NCBI GenBank assembly: GCA_040756875.1
Contig: JBFLYH010000001.1
Coordinates: 1,516,399-1,580,398, forward strand
Direction: 5' to 3'
DNA length: 64,000 bases
Origin: a candidate division FCPU426 bacterium
Lineage (GTDB): Bacteria > Oederibacteriota > JAAXVQ01 > JAUVAV01
Position 1 is the stretch's first letter. Each line of letters begins with the position of its first letter. The position numbers and the translations under genes are program-made. The notes below the pieces were generated by a model that was not told the DNA's origin, made no database searches, and saw only the letters and a program-made list of their open reading frames with translations. This document shows positions 36,647-45,401 of the stretch, in pieces.

Positions 36647-37210
36647 TCACAACCCTGTTTTTTTATTTTTCGACCATTCACGGGCAAGGTTCAAGCCCAG
36701 CAGCGTTTTACCGTCCTGGATGCCCTGAGGCTGAAACAGGCCGAACGCTTCGCGCAGGTCCCAGGGCTTGACGCTCAGGAATTCGTCCTGGTCCGGGCAG
36801 GGGTTTCCTTTGCGGACAAGGTCCCAGGCGAGATAAAGGTGAATGACTTCCTGGCAGAATCCCGGCGAAGAATAGATGCTGTGCGCCCGTTGCCAGCAGC
36901 CGGCGTGGTATCCGGTTTCTTCCTTCAGCTCTCTTTTAGCCGCCGCCAGCGGCGACTCGCCGGATTCAACCAACCCAGCCGGCAATTCCCACAAGAACCG
37001 GCCGACAGCATAACGAAATTGCCGGATCAGCAAAAGCCGGTCGCGGCCGAGCATCGGCACCACGGCCACAGCCGGCTGATGTCCGACGACTTCCCGCCGA
37101 TGCCTTTCGCCGCCGGCATCCCGGACCTGGTCCACGTAAAGATCCACTACCCGGCCTTGAAATTGCCGGTGGCGCCGTATCAGCGTTTCGCGGCGGGGAG
37201 CAATACTCAC
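36647..37210 (-). CDS. NUDIX hydrolase (ADP-ribose pyrophosphatase-like)
   Basis: QFRY, ELPAG...GE...AAKRELKEETG and SSPG motifs. Confidence 0.9.
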   Translation of the reverse strand: MSIAPRRETLIRRHRQFQGRVVDLYVDQVRDAGGERHRREVVGHQPAVAVVPMLGRDRLLLIRQFRYAVGRFLWELPAGLVESGESPLAAAKRELKEETGYHAGCWQRAHSIYSSPGFCQEVIHLYLAWDLVRKGNPCPDQDEFLSVKPWDLREAFGLFQPQGIQDGKTLLGLNLAREWSKNKKTGL

Positions 37211-37425
37211 ACCGACTCCACACTCTCGATTTCAGGGATCATCGCCTTTAAACGGGTTTCAATCAGTTGCTTTAGCGTCAGCGTGGCCATGGGGCAGGAT
37301 CCGCACGCCCCCTTCAGCCGGACTTTGACGGTATTCCCCTGCACGGCGACCAGTTCCACATTTCCGCCGTCCGCCTGTAAAGCAGGCCTGATGCTGTCCA
37401 ACGCTTTTTCGATTCTGTCTTGCAT
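37207..37425 (-). CDS. NifU C-terminal (Nfu) domain protein
   Basis: IRPALQADGGNVEL and GACGSCP motifs. Confidence 0.93.
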   Translation of the reverse strand: MQDRIEKALDSIRPALQADGGNVELVAVQGNTVKVRLKGACGSCPMATLTLKQLIETRLKAMIPEIESVESV

Positions 37426-37563
37426 GAAATCCTCCTTAAGCTACAGCAAGGTATGAAACTGCCACTCAGGGCAAGGGGTCTCGAAGACCGCCGATGCCAT
37501 TATACAAATCCTTCTTTAATCATTCTTTCCAGCCTGTCTTTTCCGTGCCCTCCGCGGTGTTCT

Positions 37564-37974
37564 TTACTTTTTCGGCACTTGGACCTCAAACCGGGCAGTG
37601 CGAGTCTGTCCGGTTGCCGCAGTAAAAGCAAACGAAATGCTATACTCCCCCGGCCGAGGGAAGTCCACCCAGGCCCGCCAATCCCTTCCCGGCCCGGGTT
37701 TAAGTTCAGGAGCGCGCTGCTCGCCCGTGGCCAATTCCATAACTTCCAGGCGTCCGTCGGTTTCATCCATGATGCGATAGTCCCGGTCCTGCACACGCAC
37801 GGCGAGTTGCTGCTCCCCGACTGCCGGCGCCCGGGGGATGAGATACATGGTCACGATCCCATCCGAAAAACGCATCACCCTATAAGCGGGACCCAGCCAT
37901 AAACCAGCAGCCAATCCCGCCAGCAGGCATCCGGCCGCTATCCCGCTGGTCCGCCACCAAGGGCGGGGGCTCAT
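37564..37974 (-). CDS. Membrane-anchored YtkA/FixH-like Ig-fold protein
   Basis: TM, then P.AP.VG..L.VRV.D and VDFPRPGEY motifs; ATGA-coupled to metW. Confidence 0.55.
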   Translation of the reverse strand: MSPRPWWRTSGIAAGCLLAGLAAGLWLGPAYRVMRFSDGIVTMYLIPRAPAVGEQQLAVRVQDRDYRIMDETDGRLEVMELATGEQRAPELKPGPGRDWRAWVDFPRPGEYSISFAFTAATGQTRTARFEVQVPKK

Positions 37975-38606
37975 TTCTCGGTTTGGCGCGTGATCACGAA
38001 CAAGCCCTCGTCCGCGCGCAGGTTGGGCAGCCACCGCAGCGTTTTCTGACGCGTGCGAAGGCCGCGATTTAAATACAACCGCGTCAACACCTGGATCTGG
38101 CGTTCGCGGCAAAAGGCGAGAAAATCGTTGATCGTCAACAGATGGATATTCGGCGTATCGTACCATTCGAACGGCAATTTGGGCGTGCGGGGCATCCGGC
38201 CCGACCAGGCCAGGAGCGCCCGGATGCGCCAATAGGCGAAATTCGGGAAGGAAATGATCGCTCTCCGGCCGACCCGCAGCATCTCCTCGATGACAAAATC
38301 GGGGCGCCGGATCACCTGGAGGGTCTGGTTGAGGATCACATAATCGTACGAATCGTTCCCATAATCGGCCAGCCCGGCATCGATGTCACCCTGAAACACC
38401 GACAAGCCCTTGTGAATGCAGTCGATCACGGCGTTCTGCTCGATCTCGACGCCCATGCCGGAAACCCGGCGCTCGTCGATCAGACGCTGCAGCAACACGC
38501 CGTTGCCGCATCCCAGATCCAGCACCCGGCTGCCGGGTTCCACCAAGGAAACGACCAAGTCATAATCGGACAGCAATACCCCGCCCTGCAACCGCCGCTG
38601 GATCAT
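37971..38606 (-). CDS. metW: Methionine biosynthesis protein MetW
   Basis: VLDLGCGNG, SFPNFAYW and WYDTPNIH motifs. Confidence 0.93.
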   Translation of the reverse strand: MIQRRLQGGVLLSDYDLVVSLVEPGSRVLDLGCGNGVLLQRLIDERRVSGMGVEIEQNAVIDCIHKGLSVFQGDIDAGLADYGNDSYDYVILNQTLQVIRRPDFVIEEMLRVGRRAIISFPNFAYWRIRALLAWSGRMPRTPKLPFEWYDTPNIHLLTINDFLAFCRERQIQVLTRLYLNRGLRTRQKTLRWLPNLRADEGLFVITRQTEK

Positions 38607-39781
38607 GCCCCGGCCTCCCGGCGATAGAGGTTGTCGAGGAAGCTGTCCACCGCCTGATGGAAGGCAGGCGATTCGAGCAGAAACGCATCGTGCCCGGCCG
38701 AGGATTGGACTTCGAGATAGGAGACATCCTTATTGTTCTGGCGCAACGCCTTGACCAAGTCCTTGGATTGCTGGGAAGGGTACAGCCAGTCCGAGGTAAA
38801 GGACACGACCAGGGTCTTGGCCTGGACCCGGGCGCAGGCGCGTGCCAGCGAGCCTTCTCCCCAATCCTGGGCAACGTCGAAATAATCCATCGCCTTCAGG
38901 ATGTAGAGATAGCTGTTGGCGTCGAAACGCTGCACGAATTGCGTGCCCTGGTAATGCAGGTAGTTTTCCACTTCGAACTCGCGGGTGAATTCGTAGCTGT
39001 ACTCCGCCTGGTTCTGCAGACGGCGTCCGAATTTCTGGTTCATGGACTCTTCGGACAGGAACGTAATGTGCCCGATCATGCGCGCAATGGCCAGGCCGGT
39101 CTCGGGCTTGGTTCCGGCGTAGTAATCCCCATGGGCCCAGTTCGGGTCCGTAACAATGGCGTGACGCTGGACCTCGTTGAAGGCGATGGACTGCGGCGAG
39201 GATTTCGCGGTCGAGGCAATGATGATGGCGGACCGGGTCTGGTCCGGATAACGCAGGATCCATTCCAGGGCCTGCATGCCGCCCATGGATCCGCCTGCCA
39301 TGGACAGCAGTCTTCCGATGCCCAATTGGTCCAGAAACAGCTTCTGAACCTTGACCATGTCGGCGATGGTGAGGATGGGAAAAGTCATGCCAAAAGGCTT
39401 TCCCGTGGCCGGATTCACCGAGGACGGTCCGGTCGACCCTTTGCACCCGCCGATGACGTTGGTGCAGATGACGAAATACCGGTTGGTATCGAAAGACTTT
39501 CCGGGACCGATCATCAAGTCCCACCAGCCGGGTTTTCGCTCCTCGGTGGAATGATAGCCGGCCGCATGCGCATCCCCGCTCAATGCATGCAGGATGAGGA
39601 TGGCGTTGTCTTTGGCCGCAGACAATTTCCCGTAGGTTTCGAAAGCGACCTGGATGGGCTGCAGGCTGCGGCCACATTCCAGGCGCAGTCCCTCCGGCGG
39701 TAGTTGGATGTCTTGCAGGCGGGTTTGTACCAGGCCCACGGATCCCGCCCCGGCCGCAGGCGCTTTGGTTGTCTCGCTCAC
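38603..39781 (-). CDS. metX: Homoserine O-acetyltransferase
   Basis: HALSGDAH, GGCKGSTGP, GGSMGG, RFDANSY and GHDAFL motifs. Confidence 0.95.
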   Translation of the reverse strand: MSETTKAPAAGAGSVGLVQTRLQDIQLPPEGLRLECGRSLQPIQVAFETYGKLSAAKDNAILILHALSGDAHAAGYHSTEERKPGWWDLMIGPGKSFDTNRYFVICTNVIGGCKGSTGPSSVNPATGKPFGMTFPILTIADMVKVQKLFLDQLGIGRLLSMAGGSMGGMQALEWILRYPDQTRSAIIIASTAKSSPQSIAFNEVQRHAIVTDPNWAHGDYYAGTKPETGLAIARMIGHITFLSEESMNQKFGRRLQNQAEYSYEFTREFEVENYLHYQGTQFVQRFDANSYLYILKAMDYFDVAQDWGEGSLARACARVQAKTLVVSFTSDWLYPSQQSKDLVKALRQNNKDVSYLEVQSSAGHDAFLLESPAFHQAVDSFLDNLYRREAGA

Positions 39782-39790
39782 AGTCGCTCC

Positions 39791-39829
39791 AAATAAAAAA
39801 ATAAGCCTCTCCCTCGCTGGAAGAGGCTT
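39791..39829 (-). terminator. Riboswitch-controlled intrinsic terminator
   Basis: AAGCCTCT...AGAGGCTT followed by a U-rich tail between the aptamer and metX. Confidence 0.8.
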
Positions 39830-39855
39830 TGGGAACGCCCTGCCTCCACGCCGCT

Positions 39856-39963
39856 CCTTATCTTTCCCGCTGGCGGGAAAATGGCACCGCGGATTTTCCG
39901 GCGCGGAGTCGGAAAACCTGGTTGCCGTGGCGCAGGGTCATCCCCCGTCCACTCCGGATAAGG
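39856..39963 (-). ncRNA. SAM-I riboswitch
   Basis: CCTTATCCGGAG...GGGGGATGACCC...GGCAACC...GGTGCC...GGAAAGATAAGG upstream of metX. Confidence 0.93.
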
Positions 39964-40061
39964 CCAGCCGCCTGCGAGGGATTCCGGCCGCGGCTGATTG
40001 GGTCACAGCTTAGCAGAAGCGCTTGGCCCGTGGCAAGATTATTTTAGCTTCCCCTGCGGAA

Positions 40062-40730
40062 TCAACGCTCAGGCGTAAACACGGCCAGCTGGTTTTTTTC
40101 GGAGGGCTCCACTTGGTTTTTTCTGAGGTTTATTTCATTCAACCGCTTCGGCAATTCCCCTTCACGTATGGCATCCAGGCGTTCAAGCGCCTCCTGCAAA
40201 CAAGATGGCGGTTCCGGCGGCCATTGGCCGGACCAGGCAGAGGACGGGGTATGGAATTGCCTGACCTTTAATTCCCTGGCCAGAGACACATGAATTTGCG
40301 GCAGTAACAACAGGCGCTCCGGAGCCCAGCCCTTGGCCAGCCATTGGGTCCAGGCCCAGGACTGATCCAGCACCACCTGGCATCTGCGGTTAAGACCGAA
40401 GCGGCGTCTGATCCGGGGCGCCCCATCGCCTGCGACCAGAAACCAGTCCTGCAGTCCAAGCGCCGGGGAACGACCCAGCGACCATCTCAAATGGGGGTAT
40501 AAACGGCTGTCAGCCAGGATCGTTGCCCGGTGATTCCAGGCCAGCCTCACCCAGTAATAAGCATTCGTCAACCACGTGTTCCAGCGCAGGCACCACGGCA
40601 GGCGGCCGTGATACCAGACGCGCACGGACCAGCAGCGATCATCCAGATAATCCAGCAAGAGCCTGAGCAGATGGTTGTCCGTAGAGCGCGAAAGGCCTGT
40701 TCCTGCCAAGACGACAATATATCGGTTCAT
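40062..40730 (-). CDS. Hypothetical protein
   Basis: 222-aa ORF with GGAGAGG RBS; only a faint resemblance to a GT-B N-terminal domain. Confidence 0.55.
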   Translation of the reverse strand: MNRYIVVLAGTGLSRSTDNHLLRLLLDYLDDRCWSVRVWYHGRLPWCLRWNTWLTNAYYWVRLAWNHRATILADSRLYPHLRWSLGRSPALGLQDWFLVAGDGAPRIRRRFGLNRRCQVVLDQSWAWTQWLAKGWAPERLLLLPQIHVSLARELKVRQFHTPSSAWSGQWPPEPPSCLQEALERLDAIREGELPKRLNEINLRKNQVEPSEKNQLAVFTPER

Positions 40731-40847
40731 CCTCTCCGCCCCCTTCCGCGTAGCGGAGGTAGTATCGGCAAAAAAGCAGGCGGACTCAACCCGGCCGGCC
40801 CAGGGTTCTGCTTGCCTCTGCCCGCCGGCTGGGTTAATATGGCCTTC

Positions 40848-41681
40848 ATGCGGCCTTATCCCTCTTCCTCAACGCAATGGAGCATCGGCCGGCCTTGGAC
40901 GCCGGCTGTAAGGACTTTGATCCTGACCAACCTGGGCGTCTTCCTGCTGCAGATGGTTTTTTCCGGTCATCCCCTTCTGACCCGGTTGATGCTGGAAGTC
41001 CCCGCGGTCTTCACCAGCGCCCGTTGGTGGCAGCCGGTCACGTATCTTTTCCTGCACGGCGGATTCTGGCATCTGGCTTTCAACATGCTGACTTTGTGGA
41101 TGTTCGGTTGCGACGTGGAAGAACGCCTGGGGAGCCGCTGGTTTACCTGGTATTATCTTGCCTGCGGGGTGGGGGCAGGCTGGTGCGTGGCCGGCGTGGG
41201 CTGGCTGGCCCACGAAACCTCGGTCACCCTGGGGGCTTCAGGCGCCATTTTTGGGGTCCTGCTGGCTTTCGGCGTTTTGTTCGCCGACCGCGTCATCACA
41301 TTGCTGGTTTTTTTCATCCTGCCCGTCACCCTCAAGGCCCGTACCATGGTCTTGTTATTCGGCGCCTTTGAATTTTTCGCGGGCGTAGGACAAGCGCTGG
41401 GGCGGGTTTCGCATCTGGCCCATCTTAGCGGATTGCTGATTGGTTATTTGTTCTTCTGGGTGCGCTGGCCGCAGGCTGTGGAAGGGTTCATTCCCTGGAG
41501 GCGCTGGCGTCCGCCCTGGAGCCGGCCGCGCCTGCACATTGCGCCTTCGGAATCCGAAGTGGATGCAATCCTGGAAAAAATTTCCCGCCAAGGCATGTCT
41601 TCCCTCACCCGGCAGGAACGTGAAATCCTCAACCGGGCCTCGCAAAAAGCCTACGATTCGCGCCAAGATCGGTCGAACTGA
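40848..41681 (+). CDS. Rhomboid intramembrane serine protease with C-terminal helical extension
   Basis: TYLFLHGGFWHLAFNM, GASG and AHLSG motifs; tail EVDAILEKISRQG. Confidence 0.93.
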   Translation: MRPYPSSSTQWSIGRPWTPAVRTLILTNLGVFLLQMVFSGHPLLTRLMLEVPAVFTSARWWQPVTYLFLHGGFWHLAFNMLTLWMFGCDVEERLGSRWFTWYYLACGVGAGWCVAGVGWLAHETSVTLGASGAIFGVLLAFGVLFADRVITLLVFFILPVTLKARTMVLLFGAFEFFAGVGQALGRVSHLAHLSGLLIGYLFFWVRWPQAVEGFIPWRRWRPPWSRPRLHIAPSESEVDAILEKISRQGMSSLTRQEREILNRASQKAYDSRQDRSN

Positions 41682-41698
41682 GCTTAGGCGCTCCTTTC

Positions 41699-42667
41699 TC
41701 AGGCTCTCCGCTTGAACGGAATAATTTCTGTCTTGCCGCGATGGGCCGCGGCAGTGCCCGGGCGGCGTCGTTTGGCCGCGGTCAGGGAAATCACCTTCCG
41801 GCGGCTGGAGGCCGTTGAACTCCGACGGGCGGCTGCAGCCCGGCGGGTTCCGGTTTTGGTCGTCCGGCTGGTACGGCTGCGGCTGGGTTTGCGGGCAACG
41901 GTCTTGCGGCGGGTAGCGGTTTTTTTGGCGCTCGCCGCAACCCGGACCACGGGCCGGCTTTCGGTCTCCGCCACGGTGGGCAAAACCATCTGCTTTCCGG
42001 TTTCAGGCTTGTGCACGACCAGCGGCGCCGGTCTCGTTTCCGAGGCCGCTACCGGCCTTTCGACCGGGCGGGCTTCGGTCAGGGTCCTACCCGGATGCCT
42101 CGGTTCCTCTTGTCTGGCCGGGGCGGCGCTCTGCCGCCTTCTGCCGGCCATCCAAATCACCGCCGCCAGTAATACCACCACACCGCCCAGTACCACCAGC
42201 CATGCGTTTCCTGACTTGGCCGAACGGGAACCCGCTGCTTCGTCCAGAGGGGCGGCTGGCTGCAGGTCGGTCAGCTCTTTCTGGTCGGATGGAGCGCTCG
42301 AGACCGTTCCGCCTTCTTCTCCAGTGGGTTCAGCCGGTGCGCTCTGCTTTTCCATCTGTTCGGTCCGCGCCCACAGGGTGCTGGCAGGTTGTTCCGGCGG
42401 TTGAGCGGCTGCCGGCTGTTTGGCCGTATAGCGGGGGCCTGAATCCGCAGGCGGATGAGACCGTTTGGTCATTGGCACCTGTTTGGACACAGGGGTCGGA
42501 GTCGCCTCCGGTTGCTCCGGGGTCGGCGCAACCGTTGGTTCGGAGGTGATCTCCGGGGTCGGTGCCATCGTTTCGGGTTTGGTCGTGCGGGTAGGAGCAG
42601 CGCAGGAAATCGTCAATGCCATTATAAAAGCGCTACCCCACAACAGCCAAGGCTTGTTCTGCGGCAT
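41699..42667 (-). CDS. Lipoprotein-like protein with Pro/Thr-rich linker, TM helix and Arg-rich tail
   Basis: LTISC lipobox, low-complexity linker, WLVVLGGVVVLLAAVIWM TM and R/K/S/T-rich C-terminus. Confidence 0.6.
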   Translation of the reverse strand: MPQNKPWLLWGSAFIMALTISCAAPTRTTKPETMAPTPEITSEPTVAPTPEQPEATPTPVSKQVPMTKRSHPPADSGPRYTAKQPAAAQPPEQPASTLWARTEQMEKQSAPAEPTGEEGGTVSSAPSDQKELTDLQPAAPLDEAAGSRSAKSGNAWLVVLGGVVVLLAAVIWMAGRRRQSAAPARQEEPRHPGRTLTEARPVERPVAASETRPAPLVVHKPETGKQMVLPTVAETESRPVVRVAASAKKTATRRKTVARKPSRSRTSRTTKTGTRRAAAARRSSTASSRRKVISLTAAKRRRPGTAAAHRGKTEIIPFKRRA

Positions 42668-42719
42668 GAATTTCTCCCCTCCGGCGGAATTCTGCCTTGC
42701 GGATGTGCTTCTGCTTCCT

Positions 42720-44111
42720 TCAGCCGATCTGATACTCCTTCATTTTATTATATAGGGTTTTGTAATCGATCTCCAGTTGTTTGGCAGCCAACGAACGGTT
42801 CCAGCGGCAGGCTTCAAGGGTCTGGCGGATCACCCGGCTCTCCACGCTGGCTACCTCCTTGCGGACAATGTCCTTTAAGGTGGTCGCGCCGCCACTTTTG
42901 GCTTGGGGCGGGGGCGCCGGGGCAACGGGGGTCAGCTCTCCGAACGCATGTTCCGGCAAATGGGACAGTTCGATCTCGTCGTCGGCCAACACCACGGCCC
43001 GCTTGATGATGTTTTTCATCTCGCGGACGTTCCCGGGCCACTGATAATTCAAAAAGAGGTTCATGACCTCCGGGCGCAGGCCTTTGACGTTTTTCTTGAA
43101 ACTCTGGTTGAACATATCAATAAAGTGTTTGACCAGCAGGGAGATGTCCTCCCGGCGTTCCCGCAGGGGCGGAAGATGCAGGACGAACTCATTCAAACGG
43201 TAATAAAGGTCTTCGCGGAACCGCCCCTCGCGGATGGCCCGCTCCAGGTTGACGTTGGTGGCGGTCACCACTGTTGCCCGGAATGGCAGTTCCTCTTTGC
43301 CTCCCAGGCGCGTAAACCTCCGCTCCTGCAGCACGCGCAGTAATTTGATCTGCACGGCCACGTCCAGGTTGCCAATTTCATCCAGGAACAAGGTGCCATC
43401 GCCGGCTTGTTCGAAACGCCCGATTTTCCGGTTGGTGGCGCCGGTGAAAGCGCCCCGCTCGTATCCGAACAACTCGCTCTCCACCAGCGTCTCCGGCAGG
43501 GTGGCGCAATCCACCGAAACAAAGGGCGACTGCGAGCGCCGGCTGCAGGCGTGCAGGGCCCGGGCGGTCAACTCCTTGCCTGTCCCCGACTCGCCCCGGA
43601 TCATGACCGTGATGTCGTGCCGAGCCACCTGTTCGATCGTCCGCAGCAGTTCCTGCATTTTCTTGGATTCGCCCAGGAGTTGGTCCGTGCTGCGCTGAAT
43701 GCGGATCTGCGTGCGCAGTGTTTCCACCTCTTGCTGCAACTGCATGGATTTCATCGCGTTCCCCACCGTGATCAGCAACTCGTCGAGGTTGATCGGCTTG
43801 GAGAGGAAATCATAGGCCCCGAGTTTCATGCATTTGACGGCCACGTCCACGTCGCCCAGGGCCGAAAGCATGATGACCTGCACTTCGGGATTCTGGCTTC
43901 GCAGCGTTTGCAGGACCTGAATGCCGTCCATGGGCTGCATGCGGATGTCGAGCAGGTACAGATCGAAGCGTTTTTCCTGGGAGAGTGCGAGGGCGCGGGG
44001 GCCGTCCTGGGCGATTTCGGTGGTGTATCCGGCGGCCTGCAGGGCCTGCGAAACCACCAGGCAGTGTTCCGGCTCGTCGTCCACGATGAGAATATGGCGG
44101 TCAGTGGGCAC
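42720..44111 (-). CDS. sigma54-dependent response regulator (NtrC/AtoC family)
   Basis: REC domain (VDDE, LDIRM), GESGTGKE, GAFTGA, WPGNVRE and a Fis HTH. Confidence 0.95.
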   Translation of the reverse strand: MPTDRHILIVDDEPEHCLVVSQALQAAGYTTEIAQDGPRALALSQEKRFDLYLLDIRMQPMDGIQVLQTLRSQNPEVQVIMLSALGDVDVAVKCMKLGAYDFLSKPINLDELLITVGNAMKSMQLQQEVETLRTQIRIQRSTDQLLGESKKMQELLRTIEQVARHDITVMIRGESGTGKELTARALHACSRRSQSPFVSVDCATLPETLVESELFGYERGAFTGATNRKIGRFEQAGDGTLFLDEIGNLDVAVQIKLLRVLQERRFTRLGGKEELPFRATVVTATNVNLERAIREGRFREDLYYRLNEFVLHLPPLRERREDISLLVKHFIDMFNQSFKKNVKGLRPEVMNLFLNYQWPGNVREMKNIIKRAVVLADDEIELSHLPEHAFGELTPVAPAPPPQAKSGGATTLKDIVRKEVASVESRVIRQTLEACRWNRSLAAKQLEIDYKTLYNKMKEYQIG

Positions 44112-44220
44112 GAGGGTGGAGCCTCCACGTTTGGATCGACTGCTTCCACATTCTATGCGGAAAGGCCGTGAACAGGCAAGCCTTTCGTAGGAAAACCGGC
44201 GCGCGGCCAGGCAGGATGCT

Positions 44221-44294
44221 TGGAGGCGGCACTCGGAATCGAACCGAGGATGAGGGTTTTGCAGACCCTAGCCTTACCACTTGGCGATGCCGCC
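44221..44294 (-). tRNA. tRNA-Cys(GCA)
   Basis: GGCGGCATCGCCAAGTGGTAAGGCTAGGGTCTGCAAAACCCT...GGTTCGATTCC...GCCGCCTCCA. Confidence 0.97.
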
Positions 44295-44336
44295 TAAAAA
44301 ATCAGCCGGCCGCGGGTACGGCCGGCAGGGATTCGC

Positions 44337-44411
44337 TGGAGCGGGAAATGGGGCTCGAACCCACGACATCTACCTTGGCAAGGTAGCGCTCTACCACTGA
44401 GCTATTCCCGC
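44337..44411 (-). tRNA. tRNA-Gly(GCC)
   Basis: GCGGGAATAGCTCAGTGGTAGAGCGCTACCTTGCCAAGGTAG...GGTTCGAGCCC...CCCGCTCCA. Confidence 0.97.
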
Positions 44412-44480
44412 TGATGGACGGTCGTCAACTTCTCCCTGACAATACGGGGCAAATGGCCATTGCGTCGACCGCAGGGGCAC

Positions 44481-44509
44481 ATTGTATGGATTACACCCCT
44501 GCTTGTCAA
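44481..44509 (-). promoter_or_regulatory. sigma70 promoter of tRNA-Gly/Cys
   Basis: TTGACA-17 bp-TACAAT. Confidence 0.75.
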
Positions 44510-44565
44510 GGATTGTTGCAGGGTGCCGCCCCTTCCTCGCTCCCTGTCAGGTTCACGGATGAGGG

Positions 44566-45390
44566 TCAAGCGTCCGGCTTCAGGCCCAGGTCATTGCCGA
44601 CGCCGTCGACGATCCCTTCATCCACGGTTTCCTTTTTCACCAGGTAGCTTTCCAACAGGCAGTTGTCGCATACCGTATTGATCAGGCGGGGGATGCCGCG
44701 GCTGTACAAGTAAATCTTTTTATACGCCCCGGGGGCGAACAGGTCACGCTGCCCGCCGGCGATCGTCACACGGTGCCGGACATACTCGGCCACGTCGTTT
44801 TCCTGCAGGCTTTGCAGCGTAAATTTCAGGGCCACGCGCTGCTGCAAGGGAGGATCGAGCGCGATGTTTTGTTCCAACTCCGGCAACCCGAAGAGATTGA
44901 TGGACAGCAATTTTTGCCCGGGCGCCTCCAGATTCAACAAACCCCGGAACTCCTCAAAAATCTCCCGCGTCAGCAGCATGTTCGCTTCGTCGATGATCAC
45001 CACGGCCTTGCGCCCCTGCTCGTAGATTTCCATCAAACGTTCGAAGAGCTGGGGCAGTATGACTGCCTTTTTCTCGCCGGGTGTCTTGACGCCCAGTTGC
45101 GAGGCGATTTTACGCAGCAGCCATTCCGCGGTGATCTCCGAGTGGACGATGACCAGCAAGGCCGCCTCGAATTTGGAGTCCGTCTCCAAATTCTCCAGCA
45201 GTTTTCTGGCCAGGAGTGTCTTTCCGCAGCCGATTTCGCCGACCATGACCGAAAGACCCTTCATGGTGTTGATCGCATGCATCAACCGCACCAGCGCCTC
45301 AGAATGCTGGCGGCTTTCATAAAAATAACGGGATTCCGGCGCATTGGAAAAAGGCTGCTCCCGCAAACCGAAAAACGTCTCGTAACTCAA
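44566..45390 (-). CDS. ExeA/GspA-family AAA ATPase
   Basis: FFGL.E.PFS, GEIGCGKT, IIDEAN and GIPRLINTVCD motifs. Confidence 0.9.
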   Translation of the reverse strand: MSYETFFGLREQPFSNAPESRYFYESRQHSEALVRLMHAINTMKGLSVMVGEIGCGKTLLARKLLENLETDSKFEAALLVIVHSEITAEWLLRKIASQLGVKTPGEKKAVILPQLFERLMEIYEQGRKAVVIIDEANMLLTREIFEEFRGLLNLEAPGQKLLSINLFGLPELEQNIALDPPLQQRVALKFTLQSLQENDVAEYVRHRVTIAGGQRDLFAPGAYKKIYLYSRGIPRLINTVCDNCLLESYLVKKETVDEGIVDGVGNDLGLKPDA

Positions 45391-45401
45391 TGGTTCCTCC
45401 T

